Positions 8,636 through 16,896 of a stretch of DNA of 64,000 nt are shown in pieces (within the stretch, counting starts at the first letter, position 1; each line of letters begins with the position of its first letter). The DNA comes from Vicinamibacterales bacterium. Lineage in GTDB: Bacteria > Acidobacteriota > Vicinamibacteria > Vicinamibacterales > CAVVIG01. The notes beneath the pieces are model-generated. The model had not been told where the DNA came from. It did no database searches and saw only the letters and a list, made by a program, of their open reading frames with translations. The position numbers were made by a program, and so were the translations under genes. The stretch spans positions 302-64,301 of the forward strand of contig DASZFS010000504.1 of NCBI GenBank assembly GCA_035939575.1, in the 5' to 3' direction.

Positions 8636-9448
8636 GTGAACGTCAAGGACGGAAAGAACGTTGCGAAGGCCGCCTATGTCGGCGGCTTGACCCAGGACGC
8701 CTTCGAGGTCTTCGAGGACGGCGCTCGGCAGGCCATCAGCTTCTTCACGACCGAGGACTCACCCGTCACCGTCGGGTTGCTCATCGACAGTAGCGGCAGC
8801 ATGCAGCCCAATCGGGCCCGGGTGATCACCGCTGCGACCGTGTTTGCGGAAGCGAGCAACCCCGACGACGATCTGTTCGCGCTCACGTTCAACGAAACCG
8901 TGCGCTCGGCGTTTCCGGATTCAGCGCCGTTCACTGGCGACCCGGTTCAACTGCGCGACGCAGTGACGCGGATCTTCAACGCGTACGGTCGAACGGCGCT
9001 GTTCGACGCGGTTGCCGCCGGTGTCGACTACCTTGGCCGTGGACACCACGAGCGAAAAGTACTGGTCGTGGTGAGCGACGGCGGCGACAACGCCAGCCAC
9101 GTGACATTCGACCAGGTCCTCACGACGACGGAGGCCACAAACGTGGTCATCTACACCGTCGCGCTGGTGGACCCGCTCGAGCGTGACGCGAATCCGAAGC
9201 TGCTCAAGCGGATCGCCGAGGCCAGCGGCGGAGAAGCATTCGAGCCGACGAGCAGCGGCCAGATGACTCAAGTTCTCCAGCGCATCGCTCGAGACATCCG
9301 GCACACATACACAGTGGGCTACGCCTCGAGCAACGAGGCCCGGGACGGCTCATTTCGGAAGATTCGAGTCAGCGTCCACGCTCCGGACGGCCGGCGGCTC
9401 GTCGTGCGGACTCGTGCCGGGTACCTCGCCGCCCGAAATCTGCGATGA
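8636..9448 (+). CDS. VWA domain protein (VWFA-related acidobacterial-domain type)
   Basis: MIDAS-type segment VGLLIDSSGSMQ, ...GRTALFDAV..., VLVVVSDGGDNAS. The track start is GTG 8636, but the frame is open back to 8522 and encodes a signal-peptide-like KFTIPLLVLAGAAAARQ with no ATG/GTG/TTG. The true start is therefore unresolved. Confidence 0.75.
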   Translation: MNVKDGKNVAKAAYVGGLTQDAFEVFEDGARQAISFFTTEDSPVTVGLLIDSSGSMQPNRARVITAATVFAEASNPDDDLFALTFNETVRSAFPDSAPFTGDPVQLRDAVTRIFNAYGRTALFDAVAAGVDYLGRGHHERKVLVVVSDGGDNASHVTFDQVLTTTEATNVVIYTVALVDPLERDANPKLLKRIAEASGGEAFEPTSSGQMTQVLQRIARDIRHTYTVGYASSNEARDGSFRKIRVSVHAPDGRRLVVRTRAGYLAARNLR

Positions 9449-9464
9449 TGGTCCTCCCTTAACG

Positions 9465-10649
9465 ATGTCGTTCGCGCGATCGGTCGCGGCCCCACGTGTC
9501 GTCAACATCGGCGATCTGCGACGGCTGGCGAAGCGCCGGCTGCCCCGCGTCGTCTTCGATTACATCGACGGCGGCGCCGAAGCGGAAGTGACATTGCGAG
9601 CCAATTGCGACGCGTTCGACGCCGTCACCTTCCGCCCGCGCAGCGCCGTGGCGACACCGGCCCCCGAGTTGCGCACGACCGTCCTCGGGACACGGCTCGA
9701 CCTGCCATTTCTCCTGGCGCCGGTCGGCAGCAGCCGGATGTTCTATCCCCGCGGCGAATGCGCCGCCGCCCGGGCGGCGGGCGAAGCTGGCACGGCATAC
9801 GTCCTGTCGACGCTGTCGGGCTGCCGCCTGGAGGAAGTCAAAGCCGCCACGGCAGGCCCTGCCTGGTACCAGTTGTATCTGGTCGGCGGGCGCGACGTCG
9901 CACGCGCGGCGATCGACCGCGCGCAGACCGCAGGATTCTCCGCGCTGGTGATCACCATCGACACGGCGGTCGCGGGAATGCGGGAACGGGACGTCCGGAA
10001 CGGAACCGCCGAGTTGCTCGGCCGCAAGCTGCCCGCGCTGCTGCCCTTCGTCCCGCAGGTCCTCTCGCGGCCGCGCTGGCTGGCTGCGTTCCTGAGAGAC
10101 GGCGGCTTGATGAAGTTTCCAAACGTGGTGCGCCCAGGCAAAGGCGAGATGCCCTACGGCGAGGTGGTCGCGTTGTTGGCAGAGTCAGTCGTGTGCTGGG
10201 ATGATCTGCGCTGGCTCCGCGACGCCTGGAAGGGACCGATCGTCGTCAAAGGCGTGCAGACAGGCGATGATGCGCGCCGTGCCGCCGATGCCGGGGCGGA
10301 GGCCATCGTCGTATCCAACCATGGCGGCCGCCAGCTCGACGGCGTGGCGGCGACAATCCGCGTGCTGCCGGAAGTCATCGACGCCGTCAACGGGCGCGTC
10401 GAAGTGCTGCTCGATGGTGGCATCCGCCGGGGCAGCGACATCGTCAAGGCGTTGGCGCTCGGCGCGCGCGCGGTGCTCATCGGCCGCGCGTACGCGTACG
10501 GGCTCGGCGCGGCCGGGGACGCGGGCGTGGCGCGCGCGATCGAGATTCTGCGCGCGGATCTCGTCCGCACGCTCACGCTGCTCGGGTGCCCCTCCGCGTC
10601 CGGGCTCGATCGCTCCTACGTCGACATCCCGCCGGACTGGAAGGGCTGA
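9465..10649 (+). CDS. FMN-dependent alpha-hydroxy-acid oxidase/dehydrogenase (L-lactate dehydrogenase LldD-like)
   Basis: Contains NIGDLRRLAKRRLPRVVFDYIDGGAEAE, VVSNHGGRQLDG and LLDGGIRRGSDIVKALALGA. ATG 9465 chosen over the upstream GTG of the track ORF. Confidence 0.85.
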   Translation: MSFARSVAAPRVVNIGDLRRLAKRRLPRVVFDYIDGGAEAEVTLRANCDAFDAVTFRPRSAVATPAPELRTTVLGTRLDLPFLLAPVGSSRMFYPRGECAAARAAGEAGTAYVLSTLSGCRLEEVKAATAGPAWYQLYLVGGRDVARAAIDRAQTAGFSALVITIDTAVAGMRERDVRNGTAELLGRKLPALLPFVPQVLSRPRWLAAFLRDGGLMKFPNVVRPGKGEMPYGEVVALLAESVVCWDDLRWLRDAWKGPIVVKGVQTGDDARRAADAGAEAIVVSNHGGRQLDGVAATIRVLPEVIDAVNGRVEVLLDGGIRRGSDIVKALALGARAVLIGRAYAYGLGAAGDAGVARAIEILRADLVRTLTLLGCPSASGLDRSYVDIPPDWKG

Positions 10650-12029
10650 CTGCCAGTCCCCGTACGCTTCCGGTTCGGCGACTTCACGCTCTCCCCCCGA
10701 CAGCGATTGCTGCTCCGCGACGGACGGCCGGTCGCGCTGATCCCGAAGTACTTCGATCTCCTCGTGCTGCTGATCCTCCGCCGCCACGACGCGGTCTCGA
10801 AGAACGCCATCTTCGCCGAAGTCTGGAGCGACGTCGTCGTCTCCGACGGCGCGCTGGCGCAAGCCGTCCGCACGCTGCGGCGCACGCTCGGTGACGACGT
10901 CCGCGAGCCACGATTCATCCGCACGGTCTCGCGTCATGGCTATCAGTTCGTGTGGCCGAACGTCACCGAGGAGGCAGACGACGATCCCGTCTCGCCCGCC
11001 ACGCCGCGTGTCTCGGAGAACGCCCCGCCGGCCGCGTCGATCGTACTGCTGGTCGATCGGCTGATGACCGCGACGAGCCCCGAGGACGCGCGCGACCTGG
11101 CGGAGCAGCTGCACGCGCTCGGGACAGCCGAGGCCCTCGCCCGCCTCACGGCGCGGCCTGGTCACGCACCGGCTGTGGCCATGATGCGCGACGCGCGATG
11201 GAGTGTGCCGGGTGCGGGTGATGTGCCGCTCTTGCGCGACCCCGAGGCGTTCGCCGCCGTTATGGCGCTCGTCCGGCTCCGGCTGTCTGACGTAAAGCGC
11301 ACGGTCGTACGACGCTGGGCCAGCGCGGCCGAGACGGGCGCGATCGCCGGCGGTGCGGCCGGATTCCTGGGCGGCGCCGCTCTGTACCTGGCGCCGACGT
11401 CGAACGCTCGACCTCAATCGTCGATCGCGCTGGCGGCGATCGGCATCCTGGCCGGCGGCATAGGCGCCGCAGGCGTCGGCGCCGGTCTCGTAACGGCGGA
11501 GGTGCTGGCGCGCTCGCGCCGGGCGCTGGCGCTCGTCGCGTGCGGCGCGCTGGCCGGCGCGCTCGTCGGAGGCGCCGCGGCGGTCGTCCTGGGGGCCCTT
11601 CTCGAAGGCCTGTTCGGCCTCCACTTCGTCCACATCGCTGGCGGCCCAGGGGCGTTGGACGGCCTGGTCCTCGGCGCCGCCGCAGGCATCGGCTACGCCG
11701 CGACGACATCGCATCCGGACGGCGGCGGGCTGGCGGCCCCACGCGGGCGCCGCCGGATCGTCAGCGCAGCGGCTGTCGGCGCGTGCTGCGCAATCGGCGC
11801 CGCAGCGCTCACGGTGTCCGGACGGCCGCTCGTTGGCGGCCTGGTCCACGAGATCGCGCGCGCGTCTCGCGACGCGGAGCTGGTGCTGGGCCCGCTCGGA
11901 CATCTCGTCGGCGAACCCGGGTTCGGTCCGGTGACCCAGGTGATCCTCAGCACGTTCGAGGGCGCCGCCTTCGGCTGCGCGCTCGGGTGGGGCCTCACGC
12001 GACGGCCCGCGATCGACCGAAACGCCTGA
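10650..12029 (+). CDS. Winged-helix (OmpR/CadC-type) DNA-binding domain fused to a Gly/Ala-rich multi-TM domain
   Basis: FRFGDFTLSPRQRLLLRDGRPVALIPKYFDLLVLLILRRHDAVSKNAIFAEVW...IRTVSRHGYQFVW is a complete wHTH. The track start (TTG 10707) would cut off its first strand. The only upstream candidate is CTG 10650, immediately after the preceding TGA. Confidence 0.6.
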   Translation: MPVPVRFRFGDFTLSPRQRLLLRDGRPVALIPKYFDLLVLLILRRHDAVSKNAIFAEVWSDVVVSDGALAQAVRTLRRTLGDDVREPRFIRTVSRHGYQFVWPNVTEEADDDPVSPATPRVSENAPPAASIVLLVDRLMTATSPEDARDLAEQLHALGTAEALARLTARPGHAPAVAMMRDARWSVPGAGDVPLLRDPEAFAAVMALVRLRLSDVKRTVVRRWASAAETGAIAGGAAGFLGGAALYLAPTSNARPQSSIALAAIGILAGGIGAAGVGAGLVTAEVLARSRRALALVACGALAGALVGGAAAVVLGALLEGLFGLHFVHIAGGPGALDGLVLGAAAGIGYAATTSHPDGGGLAAPRGRRRIVSAAAVGACCAIGAAALTVSGRPLVGGLVHEIARASRDAELVLGPLGHLVGEPGFGPVTQVILSTFEGAAFGCALGWGLTRRPAIDRNA

Positions 12030-12139
12030 GAATCACGCTTTCCTCAGCCAACGCTCATCGTCCGCTGACGACTTCCGCGAGACCTCTGGTTCATCCTTCA
12101 CGGCAGTCGCAACAGGGAGTCAATCCCAAGGAGGACCGC

Positions 12140-13438
12140 GTGACGTTTCGCCGACTTGCCGCCATCGCCTTGATCTTCTTCGGAGCGTCGTTGGCCTGGA
12201 CCGTGCTGGGATCGTCCCTCATGGCTCGCACAGGACAATTCGACGATCGCCTCGAGCGCGAGGTATGGCTCCTCTGGGGCGCACCCCAGCGTCAGGTCGC
12301 CCCCGACGCGTGGATTGTCCGTCCCGGCGTTGAGACCGAAACGGTCGAAACCAAGGATCAGAAGGGCCAGGTCACCCGCAAGCAGGTGACCAAGAAGGTC
12401 GCGCGGCCGGCGCCAGCCGTCCTCGAGTCGACGCGAGCGACGGTCGGTCTCGACATGGAGCATCGCCAGAAAGGACTGCTCTGGTATCCGACGTACAGCG
12501 TCGCGTTCAAAGCGACGTATGTCTTTCGAAACCCGGACCAGGAGGCGCGCGATTTCCACGTGCGCCTGCCGCTGCCGGCGCAGGACGCGCTCTTCGACGA
12601 CTTCGTCTTCTCGCTGAACGGCCGTCCTTCCGTGCCGGCGGGAGACGTGTCGAAGGAGATGCACGCGACGATGACCGCCGCGCCTGGCGCAGCTGTCACG
12701 CTCGATGTGCAGTATCGGTCGCGCGGTCTTCGAACATGGACCTATGCCTTCGCGGCGAACGGCGTCGCCCAGGTCCGCGACTTCAACCTCGTGATGCGGA
12801 CGAACTTTCAGGACGTGGACTTCCCGGCGGGCACTGTCTCCCCCGGCCAGAAGACGGCGATACCGGGTGGGTGGGCGCTGACCTGGGCGTTCTCGAACTT
12901 GATCTCCGGCCAGGCGATCGGGATGGCCATGCCGCAGAAGCTCAACCCCGGCCCTTTTGCCGCGCGCGTGACCTTCTTCGCGCCGGTGTCGCTGCTCTTC
13001 TTCCTCGCCGTCATGGTCATGGTGGGCACGACGTCAGGGCCGTCGCTCCACCCGATGCACTACTGGTTCATCGCGGCCGCGTTCTTCGCGTTTCACCTGC
13101 TGCTCGCGTATCTCGTCGACCATGTGGGCGTGCATGTCGCGTTCGCCGCGGCAGCTGTCGTCAGCCTGGCCCTCGTCGTGAGCTATCTGCGCGTGGTCAC
13201 AGGGATGCGGCAGGCGTTGCTGGTGGCCGGCCTCGCGCAGGCGGTCTTTCTCGTCCTCTTCAGCTACGCGTTCTTCTTCGAGGGCTTCACCGGGCTGGCG
13301 ATCACAGTGGGCGCCATCGTCACGCTCTTTGTGCTCATGCAGATGACGGCGCGCGTATCGTGGGACGACGTGTTCGCCGCGGGCACAGGCATGAACCGGA
13401 CATCGCCCAGTGAGAAATATGCGAAAGGACGCCCCTGA
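12140..13438 (+). CDS. creD: CreD-like inner-membrane protein
   Basis: GTG 12140 is preceded by AAGGAGG (12128-12134). There is an N-terminal TM helix, a large periplasmic part, and a C-terminal TM bundle with SLHPMHYWFIAAAFFAFHLLLAYLVDHVG, resembling E. coli CreD RLHPMQYLLVGLSLVMFYLLLLALSEHTG. Confidence 0.7.
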   Translation: MTFRRLAAIALIFFGASLAWTVLGSSLMARTGQFDDRLEREVWLLWGAPQRQVAPDAWIVRPGVETETVETKDQKGQVTRKQVTKKVARPAPAVLESTRATVGLDMEHRQKGLLWYPTYSVAFKATYVFRNPDQEARDFHVRLPLPAQDALFDDFVFSLNGRPSVPAGDVSKEMHATMTAAPGAAVTLDVQYRSRGLRTWTYAFAANGVAQVRDFNLVMRTNFQDVDFPAGTVSPGQKTAIPGGWALTWAFSNLISGQAIGMAMPQKLNPGPFAARVTFFAPVSLLFFLAVMVMVGTTSGPSLHPMHYWFIAAAFFAFHLLLAYLVDHVGVHVAFAAAAVVSLALVVSYLRVVTGMRQALLVAGLAQAVFLVLFSYAFFFEGFTGLAITVGAIVTLFVLMQMTARVSWDDVFAAGTGMNRTSPSEKYAKGRP

Positions 13439-13941
13439 TGCTGGCCGTGCCTCGCGCCGCTTCCCTCTCGAGCCGTCTCTCCATCGTCCGCCACCTCGTC
13501 CTGTCGGTCGAGACGCACCGGCCCGTCGAATTCGTGGATCTGACGGCGGCAATCTCGGCTGCGGTACAGGGACTCACGCTCCTCGACGGCATCGTCACCG
13601 TCCAGACGCGGCATACGACGACGGGAATCCTGGTCAACGAGCACGAGCCGCTGCTGCTCGAGGACCTCGAAGCGATGTTCGAGCGGTTGGCGCCGGCGTC
13701 TTCGGCCTACGCCCACGACGACCCGGCGCGACGCTCGGTGAACCTCGGTCCGGAAGAGCGGCGCAACGGTCATGCGCACTGCCGCGCCGCGCTCCTTCGT
13801 GCGTCGGAGTCGGTACCGGTGTCCGGCGGTGCGCTCACGCTCGGCCGGTGGCAGCGTGTCTTTCTCGTCGACTTCGACGGTGGACAGCGCCGCCAGATAT
13901 CGCTGACGCTCATGGGCGAGGTGCGGGGGCCAGGATCGTGA
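13438..13941 (+). CDS. YjbQ/UPF0047 family protein (secondary thiamine-phosphate synthase-like)
   Basis: Contains GIVTVQTRHTTTGILVNEHEPLLLEDLEAMFERLAP...NGHAHCRAALL...LTLGRWQRVFLVDFDG. Its start overlaps the creD stop by 1 nt. Confidence 0.8.
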   Translation: MLAVPRAASLSSRLSIVRHLVLSVETHRPVEFVDLTAAISAAVQGLTLLDGIVTVQTRHTTTGILVNEHEPLLLEDLEAMFERLAPASSAYAHDDPARRSVNLGPEERRNGHAHCRAALLRASESVPVSGGALTLGRWQRVFLVDFDGGQRRQISLTLMGEVRGPGS

Positions 13942-13960
13942 AAATGGGCAAAAACGGACC

Positions 13961-13995
13961 GAAGATTCTGAGGCGGGCTTCAGCCCCATTCTGAG
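13961..13995. repeat. Fragment of the REP/MITE-like family (tail module, inverted orientation)
   Basis: GAAGATTCTGAGGCGGGCT matches the reverse complement of the tail module AGCCCACCTCAGAGTCTTC seen at 17940-17955 and 51867-51885, with 2 mismatches. Confidence 0.45.
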
Positions 13996-14038
13996 TCGCG
14001 GTGGGGTCTACAATACGCGTCACGTGGAGGGTCCCGAC

Positions 14039-15082
14039 ATGCGCAGACTCGTCGCCCCAGTCGTAGCTGTCGCCATTGTCGTCGGTATAGGGCTCGTGGC
14101 CCCGGGATTCCTCCGGGCGGCCGCGGCCATTCCCGACTGGGCGTACGCCATTCCTGCGGCGCCGCCTGGCGGAGCCGCAAGCCCGGCCCCGCCTCCCGAC
14201 ACCTCGAGCAAGCAGATTCCGGCGAGTACGCTGAGCTTCACGCGCCAGCAGATCTCCGACAGCTTCGGGCCGGCCGACTGGTTCCCCGGCGATCACCCGC
14301 CGATGCCAGAGATCGTCGCGCATGGCCGGCGCCCGGATGTGCGGGCGTGCGGCCTCTGCCACTATCCCAACGGCAAGGGACGCCAGGAGAATGCCGGCAT
14401 CGCCGGGTTGCCCGTTTCCTACTTCATCCAGACGATGAACGACTTTCGCGCGGGCTTGCGAAAGAGCGCGGAGCCGCGAAAGGCGAACACGAACGTCATG
14501 ATCGCGATCGCAAAGGCCATGACGCCGGAGGACATCAAGGAAACGGCTGAATATTTCGGGTCGATGAAGTGGACGCCTTGGATCAGAGTCGTCGAGACCA
14601 ACACGGTGCCGAAGATGGTGAGTCGCGGCGGCATCTGGATCCCGACCGGAGGCCCTGAGGGTACTGAAGGGCCCCAGGGTAACGTAGGTGCTGCAGGTGC
14701 CGGCGGACGCGAGACGGAACCGATCGGCGTGCGGATCATCGAAACGCCCGAGAATGCCGAGCGGACCGAAATCCTGCGCGACCCGCGCTCAGGGTTCATT
14801 GCCTATGCGCCCGTTGGCAGTCTCAAGAAAGGCGAGGCCCTCGTGCGCACCGGCGGAAACGGACGGACCGAAGCCTGTGGCGCGTGCCACGGCGCCACGC
14901 TGCAGGGGCTTGGCCCCGTGCCCGGGATAGCCGGACGTTCTCCCAGCTATCTCGCGCGCCAGATGTACGATATGCAGTCCGGAGCTCGCCGTGGCGAATG
15001 GACGGAGTTGATGACACCTGTAGTCGCGCGGCTGACGGACGACGATCTCGTGAGCATCGCGGCCTACGTGTCGTCCCGTTGA
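14039..15082 (+). CDS. Dihaem c-type cytochrome (periplasmic)
   Basis: Signal peptide MRRLVAPVVAVAIVVGIG and two CxxCH motifs (CGLCH, CGACH). Confidence 0.8.
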   Translation: MRRLVAPVVAVAIVVGIGLVAPGFLRAAAAIPDWAYAIPAAPPGGAASPAPPPDTSSKQIPASTLSFTRQQISDSFGPADWFPGDHPPMPEIVAHGRRPDVRACGLCHYPNGKGRQENAGIAGLPVSYFIQTMNDFRAGLRKSAEPRKANTNVMIAIAKAMTPEDIKETAEYFGSMKWTPWIRVVETNTVPKMVSRGGIWIPTGGPEGTEGPQGNVGAAGAGGRETEPIGVRIIETPENAERTEILRDPRSGFIAYAPVGSLKKGEALVRTGGNGRTEACGACHGATLQGLGPVPGIAGRSPSYLARQMYDMQSGARRGEWTELMTPVVARLTDDDLVSIAAYVSSR

Positions 15083-15130
15083 GTGTCTTCTCTCCGGGGG
15101 GCAGGGGCCCAGCATGTAATAATCAGAGTC

Positions 15131-15589
15131 ATGGGACGACTCCGCCCGGCACGTTCGACGCTGATTGCGTCGGTCCCAATCACTCTCGTCATCGTCGCCG
15201 CCGTCGCCTGGGCCGCGTGCACGACTGCGCCGGCGTCGCCGTCGGTCAGCCCTCCGTTCAGTTCGTCCGACCCTGTCGTCGGGACCGGCGCGGCAGCTGC
15301 AACCGGCAGTTCGGTGACGGTTGACTACACCGGCTGGTTGTACGATCCCTCGAAAGCCGATCAGAAGGGCCTGCAGTTCGACTCCTCGATCGGCAAGACC
15401 CCCTTTTCAACCACGCTCGGGTCGGGAGCGGTCATCAAGGGCTGGGATCAAGGAATCCCCGGCATGCTGGTTGGCGGAACGCGGCGGCTCGTCATCCCGC
15501 CGTCGCTGGCGTATGGCGGTATCCGCAGCGGCCTCATCCCACCTAACTCGACGCTGGTGTTCGACATCACGCTGCTGAGCATGCCATGA
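15131..15589 (+). CDS. FKBP-type peptidyl-prolyl cis-trans isomerase (lipoprotein)
   Basis: Contains VTVDYTGWLYD...FDSS...PFSTTLGSGAVIKGWDQGIPGMLVGGTRRLVIPPSLAYG...STLVFDITLL, with lipobox AWAAC after ATG 15131. Confidence 0.85.
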   Translation: MGRLRPARSTLIASVPITLVIVAAVAWAACTTAPASPSVSPPFSSSDPVVGTGAAAATGSSVTVDYTGWLYDPSKADQKGLQFDSSIGKTPFSTTLGSGAVIKGWDQGIPGMLVGGTRRLVIPPSLAYGGIRSGLIPPNSTLVFDITLLSMP

Positions 15590-15673
15590 CCCGACGCCGT
15601 CGATGCGTCGGTGATCCTCCGCCTGGCGCTCGGCCAAGTGAACGGATTGACCGAGTGGTCGAAGATTCATAAA

Positions 15674-16786
15674 TCACCGCCCGATGTGGACGCGGGCGCC
15701 GATGACCGCGAAGGTCATCCTGTCGTCGATGCCGCCTTCGCCACCGCTAACCGGAGCGCCCGTGATCTTGGCGATGTTCACCTCACCGTAGATCGCGATC
15801 CATCTGTTCGACCATGCCTCGACGCCCCCGCCCGCAAGCCAGCTCCACCCTCTCGTCTGTTGCGCGAACGATTGCGTGCCGCCCTTGACCGTCTGCGTGA
15901 CGCCGTTGACCGTCACGCTCTGATCGTTCACGGTCTCGTTGGTGGTGATGGTCGCCTCATGACGGTTGACCCCGCCCAGCCCGTACAGCCTTACGGGGCC
16001 CAGCGCGACGCCCGCTTTTGCTGCGACGGTCAGGAGCCGCAGCCTGACGCGGCTGTCGAATGAGTAGGTGTCGCCGCCTCCACTCGCGGTGACGTCGGTG
16101 GGCCTCACGTACCCGACTTGAGCCGCGAGGTAGCGCGTGAGCCAGACTTCGGCCCCAAGGCTCTCGGCCAGCCCGAGGTTGCTGTTCGAACATTGCGGGG
16201 CGTCGCCGCACGCATTATTGACAGCGTTTGCGAGCTTCGAAAAACCTGCCCCCGCCGACAAGACCAGACCTTTCCCCGGCCTTCCATTGAAGATGGGTGA
16301 CCTGGCCATGGATAAGCCTGCCCCCGCGCCGGCTGGGCGCAGCACCCAGTCCCTCGGGGCGGGCCCCTGCCTCACGTGCACCGACGGGGTCGGAGTGATG
16401 TCGATGACGAATGTGGTCACAGGCTGCATGCTGAACACGCTCCCGACATCCGTGCGCGTGCAACTCGGAGGGGCAGGTACAGGCTGCACGCCGCGATTGA
16501 CCATGTGCACAGTGACCTGGGCCCCACAGGCATCGATGTAGACCAGAACGCCAGCATCGCTGGACCGGGGGCCGACGCGCAGAATCGCATCGCCGTTGCT
16601 GTCTGCGCTGGCAGTGGCGAGATTGGCCCCATTCAGCGTGAGCGCGACGGCCGCTCCGGGGGGTGCACTTTGAATGAGCACGGTTTGTGCCGAGGCGCCG
16701 CGCAGGCCAAAGGTGGCGGCGAGCAGAACGGCGAGGGTCAACGCGGGAAATGGCGTCTGGGGTTTGGCTTGGCTGCGAAAGGGCAT
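15674..16786 (-). CDS. Outer-membrane beta-barrel protein
   Basis: Signal peptide MPFRSQAKPQTPFPALTLAVLLAATFGLRGASAQ. The C-terminal half has alternating beta-strand patterns typical of OmpA-like or porin-family barrels. Confidence 0.65.
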   Translation of the reverse strand: MPFRSQAKPQTPFPALTLAVLLAATFGLRGASAQTVLIQSAPPGAAVALTLNGANLATASADSNGDAILRVGPRSSDAGVLVYIDACGAQVTVHMVNRGVQPVPAPPSCTRTDVGSVFSMQPVTTFVIDITPTPSVHVRQGPAPRDWVLRPAGAGAGLSMARSPIFNGRPGKGLVLSAGAGFSKLANAVNNACGDAPQCSNSNLGLAESLGAEVWLTRYLAAQVGYVRPTDVTASGGGDTYSFDSRVRLRLLTVAAKAGVALGPVRLYGLGGVNRHEATITTNETVNDQSVTVNGVTQTVKGGTQSFAQQTRGWSWLAGGGVEAWSNRWIAIYGEVNIAKITGAPVSGGEGGIDDRMTFAVIGARVHIGR

Positions 16787-16862
16787 GCGAGACAATTATG
16801 GTTCAGGTGCACGGCGAACGCCGCCGGCCTTCATTTTAGGCTGGAGCGGTCCGGGATCGAGC

Positions 16863-16875
16863 GTGTGTGACACAC
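16863..16875. promoter_or_regulatory. Perfect 13-bp palindrome GTGTGTgACACAC in the divergent OMP/msrP intergenic region
   Basis: Read directly, 22 nt upstream of the msrP ATG. Its function is unknown. Confidence 0.3.
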
Positions 16876-16896
16876 TGAGGTTTGGATGCTGATCGG

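Noticed and set aside
15591-15611. The hairpin CCGACGC-N7-GCGTCGG after the FKBP gene as an intrinsic terminator. There is a weaker one at 47163-47180.
   Set aside because: The stems are short (7 bp and 5 bp) with no following T-tract. That is not enough evidence to call terminators.
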